64,000 nt of DNA from Alphaproteobacteria bacterium (GTDB taxonomy: Bacteria; Pseudomonadota; Alphaproteobacteria; UBA828), in NCBI GenBank assembly GCA_965221125.1, contig CBDCRW010000003.1, positions 487,581 to 551,580 of the forward strand, given 5' to 3'. The notes beneath the pieces were generated by a model. That model had not been told where the DNA came from. It saw nothing but the letters and a program-made list of their open reading frames with translations, and made no database searches. This document shows, in pieces, positions 20,763-33,272 of the stretch; the stretch's first letter is position 1, and each line of letters opens with the position of its first letter. The translations under genes and the position numbers were made by a program.

Positions 20763-21698
20763 TCAGGCGTCGGCGGGAGATGCCGAGGCGAGCCTGGCCT
20801 CGCGGTTCGCCCTGAGCGTCCGAAAATCGTCGCCGGCGTGGTAGGAGGAGCGCGTGAGCGGCGAGGACGAGACCATGAGGAAGCCCTTGGCGTAGGCCAG
20901 CCGCTCGTACTCGGCGAACTCGTCCGGTGTGACGTAGCGCATCACCTCGTGGTGGCGCTCGGTCGGGCGCAGGTACTGGCCGATGGTGAGGAAATCCACG
21001 TCCGCTGAGCGCAGGTCGTCCATGACTTGCAGGATCTCGCGGCGCTCCTCGCCGAGGCCCACCATGACGCCGGACTTGGTGAACATGGAGGGATCGCGGA
21101 GCTTCACGGTGTCCAGCAGCCGCAGCGAGTGGTAGTAGCGCGCGCCGGGCCGGACCTCGGTGTAGAGGCGCGGCACGGTCTCCAGATTGTGGTTGTAGAC
21201 GTCGGGCTTCGCGTCGGTCACCGCCTCGATGGCGCCGGGCTTGTTGCGGAAGTCGGGCGTCAGCACCTCGATCGTGGTCTCGGGCGCCGTCTCGCGCAGC
21301 CGCTGGATGCAGCGCACGAACTGGAAGGCCCCGCCGTCGTCGAGGTCGTCGCGGTCGACCGAGGTGATGACCACGTGGTCGAGGCCGAGCGCGGAGACCG
21401 CCTGGGCCAGCTCGTCGGGCTCGTGCGGGTCGAGCTGGTCGGGCCGGCCGGTGGCGACGTTGCAGAAGGCGCAGGCGCGGGTGCAGACCGAGCCCAGGAT
21501 CATCACGGTGGCGTGGCCCTTGGCCCAGCACTCGCCGATGTTGGGGCAGGCCGCCTCCTCGCACACGGTGTTGAGCCGGTGCGTGCGCATCAGCTTCCGC
21601 GTCGCGTTGTATTCGGACGAGGTCGGAGCCTTGACCCGGAGCCAGCGCGGCTTGGGCTCGCGGTCGCTACGTGATTTCAGCGGGGTAACGTCCGGCAT
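20763..21698 (-). CDS. lipA: Lipoyl synthase
   Basis: [12 protein letters not shown] and radical-SAM CTRACAFC; RSSY. Confidence 0.98.
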   Translation of the reverse strand: MPDVTPLKSRSDREPKPRWLRVKAPTSSEYNATRKLMRTHRLNTVCEEAACPNIGECWAKGHATVMILGSVCTRACAFCNVATGRPDQLDPHEPDELAQAVSALGLDHVVITSVDRDDLDDGGAFQFVRCIQRLRETAPETTIEVLTPDFRNKPGAIEAVTDAKPDVYNHNLETVPRLYTEVRPGARYYHSLRLLDTVKLRDPSMFTKSGVMVGLGEERREILQVMDDLRSADVDFLTIGQYLRPTERHHEVMRYVTPDEFAEYERLAYAKGFLMVSSSPLTRSSYHAGDDFRTLRANREARLASASPADA

Positions 21699-21719
21699 GG
21701 CGGCGTCCTCGATTGCAGC

Positions 21720-23123
21720 CTAGATGTGGAGGACGCGCCCATAGGCGTCAAGCACCGATTCGTGCATCGCCTCGGAAAGTGTGGGGTGCGGGAAGATCGT
21801 GCCCGCGAGCTCCGCCTCGGTGCTCTCCAGCGTGCGCGCGATGGTGTAGCCCTGGATCAGCTCGGTCACCTCCGGGCCGATCATGTGGGCGCCGAGCAGC
21901 TCGCCGGTGGTTTCGTCGAAGACGGTCTTGACCATGCCGTCGGGCTCGCCGAGCGCGATCGCCTTGCCGTTGCCGATGAAGGGGAAGCGCCCGACGCGCA
22001 CCGCGTGGCCCGCGTCCTTGGCCGCAGCCTCCGTGAGCCCGACCGAGGCGACCTGCGGCCGGCAGTAGGTGCAGGCCGGCACCCGGCTCGTATCCAGCGG
22101 ATGCACGCCGTCGACGCCCGCGATTTTCTCAACGCAGAGCACGCCTTCGTGGCTGGCCTTGTGGGCGAGCCAGGGCGGGCCGGTGACATCGCCGATGGCG
22201 TAGACGCCGGGCTCTCCCGTCGCCATCCAGGGGTCGGTCCGGATGTGCCCCTTGTCGACGACGACGCCGGTGCCCTCCAGCCCCAGGTCCTCGACGTTGC
22301 CGACGATGCCGGCGGCGAGGATCGCGCGGTCGAACGTGGCCTGCTCCGTCGTGCCGTCCTCGGTCTCGATGGCGGCCTGCACCGCCCCGCCCTCGACCGT
22401 GAGGCTGGTCACGCGCGCGCCGGTGTGGATGGTCATGCCCTGCGCCGCGAAGGCTTTTTGGGCAGCCGCCGAGATCTCCTCGTCCTCGACGGGGAGCACG
22501 CGGGGCAGGAGCTCCACCACCGTGACCGCGCTGCCGAGATCGGCGTAGAAGCTCGCGAACTCCATGCCGATGGCGCCGGCCCCGATCACCAGCAGCGATG
22601 CGGGCTGCGCCTGAGGCACCATCGCCTCCTTGTAGGTCCAGATCGTCTCGCCGTCGGGCTCCAGCCCCGGCAGCACCCGCGCCCGCGCCCCTGTCGCGAG
22701 GATGATGTGGGCCGCGCGGACGGTCTCGGCCGCGCCGTCCTCCGTCGTCACCTCCAGCGCGCCGGGGCCGGCGAGCCGGGCGTGGCCCTGGATCACCGCG
22801 ACCCCGTTCTTCTTCATCAGGTAGGCGACGCCGCGCGAGAGCTGGTCCGCTACGCCGCGTGAATGGGCGACGACCTTCTCGATATCGACCGAGACCTCGC
22901 CCACGCTGATGCCGAAATCGCCGAGCCGGCCCAGCGTGTGGCGAAGCTCCGAGACCCGCAGCAGCGCCTTGGTCGGGATGCAGCCCCAGTTGAGGCAGAT
23001 GCCGCCGAGGCGCTCGCGCTCGATCACGGCGGCCTTCAGGCCGAGCTGGCTCGCGCGGATCGCCGCGACGTAGCCGCCCGGGCCACTGCCGACGATGACG
23101 ACGTCATAGGACGCATCCGCCAT
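21720..23123 (-). CDS. lpdA: Dihydrolipoyl dehydrogenase (E3)
   Basis: GSGPGGY, GGICLNWGCIPTK, HPTLSE. Confidence 0.98.
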   Translation of the reverse strand: MADASYDVVIVGSGPGGYVAAIRASQLGLKAAVIERERLGGICLNWGCIPTKALLRVSELRHTLGRLGDFGISVGEVSVDIEKVVAHSRGVADQLSRGVAYLMKKNGVAVIQGHARLAGPGALEVTTEDGAAETVRAAHIILATGARARVLPGLEPDGETIWTYKEAMVPQAQPASLLVIGAGAIGMEFASFYADLGSAVTVVELLPRVLPVEDEEISAAAQKAFAAQGMTIHTGARVTSLTVEGGAVQAAIETEDGTTEQATFDRAILAAGIVGNVEDLGLEGTGVVVDKGHIRTDPWMATGEPGVYAIGDVTGPPWLAHKASHEGVLCVEKIAGVDGVHPLDTSRVPACTYCRPQVASVGLTEAAAKDAGHAVRVGRFPFIGNGKAIALGEPDGMVKTVFDETTGELLGAHMIGPEVTELIQGYTIARTLESTEAELAGTIFPHPTLSEAMHESVLDAYGRVLHI

Positions 23124-23186
23124 GATGTCCTCCGGTCTTGCGCATGAGAGGGGCCGGCCGGGCCGGCGCTCGCTGGAGAAGCCCCG

Positions 23187-24536
23187 CTAGAGAAGCATGG
23201 TGAGCGGGTCTTCGATCAGGCCCTTGAACGCCTGCAGGAACGTGGCGCCGAGCGCGCCGTCCACCACCCGATGATCGACCGAGAGCGTGCACGACATCAT
23301 GGTGGCGACGGCGAGCGCCCCGTCCTTCACCACCGGGCGTTGCTCGGCGGTGCCGACGGCGAGGATCATCGACTGCGGCGGGTTGATGATGGCCGCGAAC
23401 TCCTTGATGCCGTACATGCCGAGGTTGGAGACGCTGAAGGTGCCGCCCTGGTACTCCTCCGGCGCAAGCCCCATGGGCTTGGCGCGGGCGCGGCCGGCGA
23501 GCTCCTTCACCTCGGCGGAGATCTCGGCGAGGCCCTTGGCGTCCGCGTTGCGCACGATGGGCGTCACCAGCCCGTCCTCGATGGCGACGGCCACGGAGAC
23601 ATCGGCGCTCGCGTACTGGCGGAGCGTGCCGTCCACCCAGGAGGCGTTGGCCGCGGGCACCTTACGGAGTGCCAACGCCGCGGCGCGGATCACGAAGTCG
23701 TTCACGGAAAGCTTGTAGGCGTCCGAGCGCTCGTTGAGCTGGGCGCGGGTCTCCAGCACCGCGTCGACCGCGCAATCGACCGTCAGGTAGAAGTGCGGGA
23801 CCTCGCGCTTCGCCTCCTGCAGCCGCTGGGCGATGACCTTGCGCATGGTGCTCGCCGGCGCGTCCTGGTAGGCGGCGGCGGGTGCCGCAGGGGCCGGCGC
23901 CGGCGCGGGGGCCGGAGCCGCTGCCGGAGCGGGCGCTGCCGCAGCGGGAGCCGCCGCAGCCGCGGCGATCGCCGCCTCGACATCGACCTTCACGATGCGC
24001 CCGTTGGGGCCCGTGCCGGCGATCGCCTCCAGCGCGAGGCCGGCCTGCTTGGCCATGCGCCGCGCCAGCGGACTCGCGAAGATGCGTGCACCAGGCTCGC
24101 GTGCGGGCGCAGGCGGCGTCGCGCCGTTGCCGCCGGGGGGTGCCGCTGTGGGTGCAGCCGGCGCTGCCGGTGGCGCGGCTTGCGGGGCCGGGCTTGCCGC
24201 GGGCGCAGCCTCGGCTGCTGCTTCGGCCGCAGGCGCTGCGGGGGCGGCCGCAGGCGCGGCAGCCTCACCGCTCTCCAGGGCCGATGCGTCCTCGCCCTCC
24301 TCCAGGATCAGCCCAATGACCGCGTTCACCGCCACGCCCTCGGTGCCGGCGGCGACGACGATCCTGCCGAGGGTGCCCTCGTCGGTCGCCTCCACCTCCA
24401 TCGTCGCCTTGTCGGTCTCGATCTCGCACAGGATGTCGCCGGCCTGGACGGAGTCGCCCTCGTTCTTGAGCCAGCTCGCGACGTTGCCCTCGGTCATCGT
24501 CGGCGAGAGGGCCGGCATCAGAATATGGATCGGCAT
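23187..24536 (-). CDS. pdhC: Pyruvate dehydrogenase E2, dihydrolipoamide acetyltransferase
   Basis: Lipoyl domain IETDKATME, Ala/Pro linkers, E3-binding ASPLARR, DHRVVDG. Confidence 0.97.
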   Translation of the reverse strand: MPIHILMPALSPTMTEGNVASWLKNEGDSVQAGDILCEIETDKATMEVEATDEGTLGRIVVAAGTEGVAVNAVIGLILEEGEDASALESGEAAAPAAAPAAPAAEAAAEAAPAASPAPQAAPPAAPAAPTAAPPGGNGATPPAPAREPGARIFASPLARRMAKQAGLALEAIAGTGPNGRIVKVDVEAAIAAAAAAPAAAAPAPAAAPAPAPAPAPAAPAAAYQDAPASTMRKVIAQRLQEAKREVPHFYLTVDCAVDAVLETRAQLNERSDAYKLSVNDFVIRAAALALRKVPAANASWVDGTLRQYASADVSVAVAIEDGLVTPIVRNADAKGLAEISAEVKELAGRARAKPMGLAPEEYQGGTFSVSNLGMYGIKEFAAIINPPQSMILAVGTAEQRPVVKDGALAVATMMSCTLSVDHRVVDGALGATFLQAFKGLIEDPLTMLL

Positions 24537-24545
24537 GGTCTCTCC

Positions 24546-25529
24546 CTAACTCCTGTAGCAGACGCTGCGGACGGCGTCGGCGATGTTGTTGGCGCCCGGC
24601 AGGGTCGCGGCTTCGAGATTGGCGGCGTAGGGCATCGGCAGGTCGGCGCCGGAGACGCGGGCGACCGGCGCATCCAGCATGTCGAACGCGTTCTCCATCA
24701 CGAGCGCTCCGATCTCCGCGCCGATGCCGGCGAAGGGCCAGCCCTCCTCCACCGTGACCAGACGGTTGGTCTTTTCGACCGAGGCCAGCACCGCCGCGCC
24801 GTCGAGCGGACGCAGCGAGCGCAGGTCGATGACCTCCGCCTCGATGCCCTCGCCAGCCAGCGTCTCCGCCGCCTCCAGCGCGCGGCCCACCATGATCGAG
24901 AAGGCGGCGACTGTGACATCGCCGCCCGTGCGCGCGACCGCAGCCTTGCCGATGGGCACCAGGTGCTCGCCGTTCTCCGGAACCTCGAAGCTCTGGCCGT
25001 AGAGCAGCTCGTTCTCCAGGAAGACCACCGGGTTGGGGTCGCGGATGGCGGACTTCAGCAGCCCCTTGGCGTCGCCCGCCGAATAGGGGGCGATCACGCG
25101 CCAGCCGGGCACGTGCGCGAACCAGCTCGCGTAGCACTGCGAGTGCTGGGCGGCGACCCGCGCGGCCGCGCCGTTGGGCCCGCGGAAGACCACCGGCACC
25201 GGCAGCAGCCCGCCCGACATGTAGAGCGTCTTCGCGGCCGAGTTGATGAGGTGGTCCATCGCCTGCATGGCGAAGTTGAAGGTCATGAACTCGACGATGG
25301 GCTTGAGCCCGCCCATGGCGGCGCCCACGCCGATGCCGGCGAACCCGGCCTCGGTGATCGGCGTGTCGATCACGCGGCCCGCGCCGAACTCGTCGAGCAG
25401 GCCCTGGCTCACCTTGTAGGCGCCCTGGTACTCCGCGACCTCCTCGCCCATGAGGAAGACGTCGGCGTCGGCGCGCATCTCCTCCGCCATCGCGTCACGG
25501 AGCGCTTCGCGAACGGTCTGTACGGCCAT
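24546..25529 (-). CDS. pdhB: Pyruvate dehydrogenase E1 beta subunit (327 aa, no lipoyl domain)
   Basis: [40 protein letters not shown]. Confidence 0.97.
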   Translation of the reverse strand: MAVQTVREALRDAMAEEMRADADVFLMGEEVAEYQGAYKVSQGLLDEFGAGRVIDTPITEAGFAGIGVGAAMGGLKPIVEFMTFNFAMQAMDHLINSAAKTLYMSGGLLPVPVVFRGPNGAAARVAAQHSQCYASWFAHVPGWRVIAPYSAGDAKGLLKSAIRDPNPVVFLENELLYGQSFEVPENGEHLVPIGKAAVARTGGDVTVAAFSIMVGRALEAAETLAGEGIEAEVIDLRSLRPLDGAAVLASVEKTNRLVTVEEGWPFAGIGAEIGALVMENAFDMLDAPVARVSGADLPMPYAANLEAATLPGANNIADAVRSVCYRS

Positions 25530-25552
25530 GATCGGTCTGTCCCGGTCGCGTT

Positions 25553-26575
25553 TCAGGCGCGGGCCAGGACATCCGCCTCGAGCGAGACGGGGGCGGGCTC
25601 CGGTGCGCCTTGGGCGAAGTCGGCGGCATCGTTGACGATGGCCTTGATCTCGCGGTCGATCTCCTTCAGCGCGTCCTCGTCGGCGTGGCCGCCGTCGAGA
25701 AGCGCCTGGCGCGCCTGCTCGATCGCATCGCGCTCCTGACGCATCTTGCTCACTTCCTCGCGGCTCCGGTACTTCGCGGGGTCCGACATCGAGTGGCCGC
25801 GGTAGCGGTAGGTCATCGCCTCCAGCAGCACCGGCCCGCTGCCTGCGCGCAGGCCCGCGACCGCCTCCTCCGCCGCCTGGAGCACGGCGGCCACATCCAT
25901 CCCGTCGACCCGGCTGCCCGGAATGCCGAAGGCCGCGCCCCGCTCGTAGAGCTCGGCCACCGCCGCCGAGCGCTCGACCGCCGTGCCCATGGCGTACTGG
26001 TTGTTCTCGATCACGAAGAGCACCGGAAGCTGCCAGAGCGCCGCCATGTTGAAGGCCTCGAACACCTGGCCCTGGTTGGCCGCGCCGTCGCCGAAATAGG
26101 TGACGGAGACCCGGTCGGAAGCGCGGTACTTGTGGGCGAAGCCGAGGCCGACGCCGAGCGGCACCTGGGCGCCGACGATGCCGTGGCCGCCGTAGAAGCC
26201 GCGCTCCGGCGCGAACAGGTGCATCGAACCGCCCTTGCCCTTCGACGCGCCGGCCGCGCGCCCGGTAAGCTCGGCCATGACGTCGCGCGCGGGCACGCCC
26301 GCGATCAGCATGTGGGCGTGGCAGCGATAGCCGGTGATGACCGAATCGCCCGGCCCGAGCGCGTACTGCACGCCCGTGACCACCGCCTCCTGCCCGATGT
26401 AGAGGTGGCAGAAGCCGCCGATCATCCCCATGCCGTAGAGCTGGCTGGCCTTCTCCTCGAAGCGGCGCAGCAGCAGCATGTGGCGGAACGCGCGCCGCAG
26501 CGTCTCCGGCTCCATCGCGGCTGCCTGAGCGGCCCCGGCGGCCCCGCTCCGGGCCTTCTTCCTGGCGCTCGCCAT
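25553..26575 (-). CDS. pdhA: Pyruvate dehydrogenase E1 alpha subunit
   Basis: [14 protein letters not shown] motif GDGAANQGQ...[12 protein letters not shown]. Confidence 0.98.
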   Translation of the reverse strand: MASARKKARSGAAGAAQAAAMEPETLRRAFRHMLLLRRFEEKASQLYGMGMIGGFCHLYIGQEAVVTGVQYALGPGDSVITGYRCHAHMLIAGVPARDVMAELTGRAAGASKGKGGSMHLFAPERGFYGGHGIVGAQVPLGVGLGFAHKYRASDRVSVTYFGDGAANQGQVFEAFNMAALWQLPVLFVIENNQYAMGTAVERSAAVAELYERGAAFGIPGSRVDGMDVAAVLQAAEEAVAGLRAGSGPVLLEAMTYRYRGHSMSDPAKYRSREEVSKMRQERDAIEQARQALLDGGHADEDALKEIDREIKAIVNDAADFAQGAPEPAPVSLEADVLARA

Positions 26576-26725
26576 TCTGTCCTCGCACCCAATGCCCGCA
26601 CCGCCCGCATCGCGCCGGGCCGCACGGAAGCTAGGGCCACGCTAGGTCAAACGCGCCGCCCTGACAAGGGGAAGGCAAGTATTGCTTGTCATGGCAAGCG
26701 GTTAGGGTCGCAGTGAAGGGGTTAG

Positions 26726-27067
26726 TTACTCGGCTCCGTCAGGGTCAGGGCGCGCCGACTGGTCATGAAACAGGACTTCTTCGTCCGGATGGCCCAGGTT
26801 GAGCAGACGGCGGGCCTCCTGGTCGAGCAGGTCGAGATCCAGGTTGTCGGTCCTGAGCTGGGAGACGCGGCGCTCCAGCTTCTCGCGTTCGTCGCCGAGC
26901 GCGGCGACGCCGGCGCGGGTCTTCTCGACCTCGGCCGAGCGCTCGACCCAGCGGAGAAGTCCGCGCTCGCCCTGCACGCTCTGGTAGCCGACGTAGAGAA
27001 GGCCCAGCGCGCAGGTGAGCAGCACGATGATGGTGCGGTAGCGAACGCGCGCGAATCGCTCGGCCAT
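26726..27067 (-). CDS. ftsB: Septum formation initiator (FtsB/DivIC family)
   Basis: One TM, GERGL, coiled coil, LDLDLLDQEAR; between eno and pdhA. Confidence 0.88.
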   Translation of the reverse strand: MAERFARVRYRTIIVLLTCALGLLYVGYQSVQGERGLLRWVERSAEVEKTRAGVAALGDEREKLERRVSQLRTDNLDLDLLDQEARRLLNLGHPDEEVLFHDQSARPDPDGAE

Positions 27068-27156
27068 GGCACCACGACCTCACCGCCGCCGCCGGCCGCT
27101 GTCAAGACAGCATTTCTGACCTAAATCGGCAGCGAGTGCCGGCGCCTCCAGCCCGG

Positions 27157-28512
<1,356 letters not shown>

Positions 28513-28873
28513 TCAACGCCCTGACCCCGTGATCCAGCTCATGGTCCGGACGAGACCCGGACACCCAAATCCCCCGACTCTCCCCCATCAGGCGAAACGC
28601 CCGTCCACGGGTCGCTGCGCCGGCCTGCGACCCATAAGTCATATCAATAGATATGTGCGTCATGTGGCGCTCTTCCTGACGGTCGGGAACGCGCCTGCCG
28701 CTCTCTGGCTGGTGGGCGCCAACGCCGCGTTCTGACCCGCTTGCAACCAGAGAACACCGCTGCCCAATCTTGAATGAAGAGTTTCGGGCTCGTCGATCCC
28801 AGCTATTCTTCGCAAACTTCACTGCAGCTTCTCCTAGATTGCAGCAAACTCGCATATCCGAATTAATTGAACG

Positions 28874-29629
28874 TCATAACTTTCTACCAAAGTAGTACTG
28901 TTCGCTTCTTAGTTTAAGCACTGTATTCATGTAGTGTAATTCCGGCTTAGTGACGACACGACGATCATCTTGACCACCGGAGAGGTATATCGTTGGCGTA
29001 ACGGGCAGGCAAAGTCCGGCACTGCTTTTGTCAGGGACAATAAACTCTCCACACGCACTCTCCACAATTCCCCACGAATAGCCTCGCAAGGCGTTTCTGA
29101 CACGACCATAGTCGTGTTGAACCAAGAATCCGGCGATATGACGGCCGGGTAGAACCGCACTTGCCCCACGGTCGATATAGGTCGCCATGCTGCTCTTTTC
29201 CAACGCCTCTCTATCGTCCCGAGAATAACCCGGTCGTGCGGGCAAAATTCCCACTAATTCCTGATCGTCCAGATACTTATTTTTCCAGCAACAGCGAACA
29301 TGCCAAAGCGAATACATATCTGTAACGACCTGGCTTTCCTCAATGCTGAGCCGACGAGACCAACTCTCTGCTTCCAATTGGCTTACGATATCCTGATATG
29401 CATTTTCTATACCCTGCATGAATAGTGTTTCTGCACGCTGATCCCATACCCTGCGTGCACAGAAAATCTCATTGTCAGGCTTCATGGGAACGGTTTTGTC
29501 TTTGTCGATCAAGTAAACTTCGACCACACCCTTTTCGTTGCAAAACCTCTCAATTGATTTCTTCGGAAAACAGTGCTGGTTAATTGTCAGTTGATGCGGA
29601 TTTCCGGGTTGGGTCTTTTCGTACTTCAC
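28874..29629 (-). CDS. Low-GC hypothetical protein, DUF4238-like
   Basis: 251-aa ORF, clearly AT-richer than its flanks; N-terminal QHCFPKKSIERF resembles the DUF4238 H-x-x-P-x-x-x-L/I-x-x-F motif; C-terminal FIVPD..CLPVTP. Confidence 0.6.
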   Translation of the reverse strand: MKYEKTQPGNPHQLTINQHCFPKKSIERFCNEKGVVEVYLIDKDKTVPMKPDNEIFCARRVWDQRAETLFMQGIENAYQDIVSQLEAESWSRRLSIEESQVVTDMYSLWHVRCCWKNKYLDDQELVGILPARPGYSRDDREALEKSSMATYIDRGASAVLPGRHIAGFLVQHDYGRVRNALRGYSWGIVESACGEFIVPDKSSAGLCLPVTPTIYLSGGQDDRRVVTKPELHYMNTVLKLRSEQYYFGRKL

Positions 29630-29638
29630 GGATGTCGC

Positions 29639-31873
29639 CTACAGAAACCGATTGGCCGCCGGGAAGCCGCGCGGGGCCGCACGGCCGGCCTGGCCCCGCT
29701 TGCCGCGCCACTGGTCGAGCGCCGTCTCGGTGCGCACGCCGGCGCCGGCGCGCCAGCGCAGCCCCTCCGCCCGCCCGAAGACCTGCGCGTCCGAGAGCGC
29801 CGCGTCGCGGTAGCGCTGCAGGATCACGCCCCGCCCCCGCGCCATGGTCGGCACGTCTTCCGCCGGGAAGAGCAGCAGGCGCCGGTTGGAGCCGACCACC
29901 GCGACCCAGTCGCCGGCCGCCTCGACGCAGACCGCCGCTTCCGCCCCCTGCGCCACGTTCAGCACCTGCCGGCCGCTGCGGGTCTGGGCGACGGCGTCGT
30001 CCTCGGCGACGAAGAAGCCGCGCCCGTCGCTCGCCGCCACCAGCCGCCGCCGGCCGGGCCGGTGAACGAAGAGCGCCACCGCCTCGTGATCGTTGCCGAG
30101 GTCGACCATGAGGCGCACGGGCTCGCCGAAGCCGCGCCCGCCGGGCAGGCGATCCGCCGGCAGCGTGTAGAAGCGCCCGTTGGTGGCGAAGAGCAGCAGC
30201 TTGTCGGTGGTCTCGGCGTGGAAGCGGAAGCGCTCGCGGTCGCCCTCCTTGTAGCGCACCGCCGCGTCGGCCTCGGCATGGCCCTTGACCGCGCGTATCC
30301 ACCCCTTGGCCGAGCAGATCACCGTGATCGGCTCGCGCTCCACCAGCGCGTCGGCCGGCACCGTCTGCGGCGCGGGCGCGCGGCCGATGGCGGTGCGCCG
30401 CTTGCCGAGCGTAGTCTCCTGCCCGAAGCGCGTCCTGATCTCCGCGATCTCGGCGAGCAGCGCTGTCTTCTGCCGCCGCGTGCTCTTCTCCAGCGTCTCG
30501 AGCCGCGCGCGCTCCGCCTCCAGCGCCTCGTGCTCGCGGCGGATCGCCGCTTCCTCGAGCCGGCGGAGAGCGCGCAGCCGCATGTTGAGGATCGCGTCCG
30601 CCTGCACCTCGTTGATGCCGAACGCCGCCACCAGCGCGGGCTTCGGCTCGTCCTCCTCGCGCACGATGCGGATCACCTCGTCGAGGTTGAGGTAGGCGAC
30701 GAGATAGCCGCCGAGGACGTCGAGCCGGTGGGCGATCGCCGCCAGCCGATGCGCCGTCCGCCGCAGCAGCACCGCGCGCCGGTGGTCGAGAAAGGCCTGC
30801 AGCACCTGCTTCAGCGTCATCACGCGGGGGACGCCTTCTGCATCCAGCACGTTCATGTTGAGGCCGATGCGGGTCTCCAGCTCGGTCTGGCGGAACAGCA
30901 TCTCCATCAGCAGCGCCGGCTCGACCGTGCGGCTCTTCGGCTCCAGAACGAGCCGCACGTCCTCGGCGGATTCGTCCCGCACGTCGGCCAGCAATGCGAG
31001 TCTCTTCGCCTGCAGCAGCTCGGCGATGCGCTCCACCAGGCGCGCCTTCTGCACCTGGTAGGGGATCTCGGTGACCACGATCTGGTACTGGCCGCGCCCC
31101 AACTCCTCCTTCTCCCAGCGGGCGCGGACGCGAAAGCCGCCGCGCCCGGTTGCGTATGCTTCCGCGATCTGCGCGCGGTCTTCCACCAGCACGCCGCCGG
31201 TGGGGAAGTCCGGCCCCGGCACCAGTTCAACCAGCGCGTCGTCCGAGAGCTTCGGGTCCTTGAGCAGCGCCGTCAGCGCGTCGCACAGCTCGCCCGCGTT
31301 GTGGGGCGGGATGCTGGTGGCGAGGCCCACGGCGATCCCCGCCGCCCCGTTGGCGAGCAGGTTGGGGAAGGCAGCCGGCAGCACCACCGGCTCGGCGTCG
31401 CCGCCGTCGTAGGTCTCGCGGAAGTCGACGGCGTCCTCGTCCAAGCCGTCGAGCAGCGCCTGCGCCACCTCGGTGAGCCGCGCCTCGGTGTAGCGCATCG
31501 CCGCGGCGTTATCGCCGTCGACGTTGCCGAAGTTGCCCTGCCCTTCCACCAGCGCGTAGCGCGCGGCGAAGGTCTGGGCGAGCCGCACGAGGGCGTCGTA
31601 CACCGCGGTATCGCCGTGCGGGTGGTACTTGCCGATCACGTCGCCCACCACCCGCGCGCACTTCTTGAAGCCCGCGTCGGGGTCGAGCTTCAGCGCCCGC
31701 ATGGCGTAGAGCAGGCGGCGCTGCACCGGCTTCAGCCCGTCGCGCACGTCGGGCAGCGAGCGCGCGGTGATGGTGGAGAGCGCGTAGGCCAGATAGCGCT
31801 CGCTCAGCGCATCGCCGAGCGGCACGGGCTGGATCGCGCCTTCCGTCGCGCTGTCGTCTGCGATTCGCGCCAT
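29639..31873 (-). CDS. parC: DNA topoisomerase IV subunit A
   Basis: [34 protein letters not shown]; 744 aa with the short CTD of ParC. Confidence 0.96.
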   Translation of the reverse strand: MARIADDSATEGAIQPVPLGDALSERYLAYALSTITARSLPDVRDGLKPVQRRLLYAMRALKLDPDAGFKKCARVVGDVIGKYHPHGDTAVYDALVRLAQTFAARYALVEGQGNFGNVDGDNAAAMRYTEARLTEVAQALLDGLDEDAVDFRETYDGGDAEPVVLPAAFPNLLANGAAGIAVGLATSIPPHNAGELCDALTALLKDPKLSDDALVELVPGPDFPTGGVLVEDRAQIAEAYATGRGGFRVRARWEKEELGRGQYQIVVTEIPYQVQKARLVERIAELLQAKRLALLADVRDESAEDVRLVLEPKSRTVEPALLMEMLFRQTELETRIGLNMNVLDAEGVPRVMTLKQVLQAFLDHRRAVLLRRTAHRLAAIAHRLDVLGGYLVAYLNLDEVIRIVREEDEPKPALVAAFGINEVQADAILNMRLRALRRLEEAAIRREHEALEAERARLETLEKSTRRQKTALLAEIAEIRTRFGQETTLGKRRTAIGRAPAPQTVPADALVEREPITVICSAKGWIRAVKGHAEADAAVRYKEGDRERFRFHAETTDKLLLFATNGRFYTLPADRLPGGRGFGEPVRLMVDLGNDHEAVALFVHRPGRRRLVAASDGRGFFVAEDDAVAQTRSGRQVLNVAQGAEAAVCVEAAGDWVAVVGSNRRLLLFPAEDVPTMARGRGVILQRYRDAALSDAQVFGRAEGLRWRAGAGVRTETALDQWRGKRGQAGRAAPRGFPAANRFL

Positions 31874-31904
31874 GGCCGCCGCTATAGCACAGCATATGAG
31901 TCGT

Positions 31905-32669
31905 CTAAGAGTCCCGCTCGGCGCGAGGGGCGGACGGCGGCGGCGCGCCAGCCTGCAGGCGGTCGATGAAGCGCTCGCGGGCCTGCGGCATGCGCCCGCC
32001 CTGGCCTGCAAACACGTGCTTCTCCAGGAACCAGCCGGTGAGCCTGAGCCCCGCGACGATATCGGCGGCGGACGCCGGATCGACCTCGGGCTGCGCGAGG
32101 AAGGGCGGCAGCGGCAGCAGCTTCTCCGCGTAATCTGCGCCGGCCTCGCGCGAGACTGCGCGGCCGCTGCGGGGCGAGACGTAGACGAGGTCGTCCACCG
32201 CGCCGGTCGCCGCGCAGGCCGCAAGGTCGAGGCCAAAGCCGAGCTCGCCCAGCAGCGCCAGCTCCCAGCGCACCAGCGTCTCGGCCCACTGCCCGCCCGC
32301 TTCGAGGGCGTCGAGCAGGTGCCGCAGGGCCTCAAAAACTTGTGGGTAGGGATGGCGCTCCGGCAGCGTCGCGTCCGCGAGCGCGCACACCGCCGCGAGC
32401 GCCGCGAGGCGGGGCGCATCGTCCAGCAGCATGCTCGATTGCGCGCGCACCAGCTCGCAGGTGTAGCGGCCGAGGTGCTCCGGCAGCCGCGCCTGCCAGC
32501 GGGCGGCCAGCGTGTTGCCCGGCTGGTAGAGCCCGCGCCCCCGCCGGCCGCGCGCGCCCTGCACCAGCCCGGCGTGGCGGCCGTGCCGCTCGGTCAGCAG
32601 CGAGACGACGGCGGCGCTCTCCCCGTGGCGGCGGGCGGAGAGGACGATTCCCGTGTCGCTCCATTCCAT
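31905..32669 (-). CDS. recO: DNA repair protein RecO
   Basis: [38 protein letters not shown]. Confidence 0.96.
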   Translation of the reverse strand: MEWSDTGIVLSARRHGESAAVVSLLTERHGRHAGLVQGARGRRGRGLYQPGNTLAARWQARLPEHLGRYTCELVRAQSSMLLDDAPRLAALAAVCALADATLPERHPYPQVFEALRHLLDALEAGGQWAETLVRWELALLGELGFGLDLAACAATGAVDDLVYVSPRSGRAVSREAGADYAEKLLPLPPFLAQPEVDPASAADIVAGLRLTGWFLEKHVFAGQGGRMPQARERFIDRLQAGAPPPSAPRAERDS

Positions 32670-32743
32670 GCCGTCACCTTGGTGAGAAGTGGGGGCTCAG
32701 GGGACCGGTCATCTCACTTTCCGGCAGATTTTTTTTGGGGAAA

Positions 32744-32793
32744 AAGCCGAGATAAGCCGAGATAAGCCGAGATAAGGTGAGACAAGGTGAGAC
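32744..32793 (+). repeat. Five tandem 10-bp units: (AAGCCGAGAT)x3 + (AAGGTGAGAC)x2
   Basis: Read directly; preceded by T8-G4-A5 tract. Confidence 0.9.
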
Positions 32794-33038
32794 GGCCGGC
32801 GAGCGCCCCGAAGTGCTCGACACGCGCGCCGCGAGAGCGGACGCGAAGCACGCGAGCGCGGAGCGCCAGGACGCGGAGCGCGCGCTCGGACCGTCCCCGG
32901 TACCTGCCGTGCTCGTTGTCGTCTCGCGCCACATGGCGCGACCCTCGCACGCCGGCCCCGCTCCCTGCATCGCACCATGGTGCGGAGTGTCGCCCGCGGC
33001 TGAACAGTGGCGGGCGCAGGTTGATGCCATGAAAAACA

Positions 33039-33247
33039 CCCCCACCTCACCCCGGCCCTCTCCGCCCCCAAGGGACGGAGAGGGAGAAAAAGACCGGCGT
33101 GGCTTGCGTTCCCCCTCCGCCCTGCCGGGCCGCAGGCCCGCACGGCGCGACTGCGCCGCGCGCGTAGCGCGTAGGCAAGCGAGCGGAGCGAGCGCCCGCC
33201 GTCGAGGGAAACGAACGACTCGGGAGGGGGACAGGGGGAGGTGGGGC
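33039..33247. repeat. Inverted pair of REP-like palindromes (REPIN/BIME-like) downstream of cofD
   Basis: CCCCACCTCACCCCGGCCCTCTCCG..CGGAGAGGG at 33039-33088 and an inverted relative CCCCCTCC....GGAGGGGGACAGGGGGAGGTGGGG at ~33110-33247 whose loop holds small hairpins. Confidence 0.65.
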
Positions 33248-33272
33248 GGCGGGCACCGGACCATGGTGCGGG

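Noticed and set aside
23870-24270. Ala/Pro-rich repeats in pdhC
   Set aside because: Normal flexible linkers of E2 subunits.
32744-32793. CRISPR array
   Set aside because: 10-bp units with no spacers, and no cas genes.
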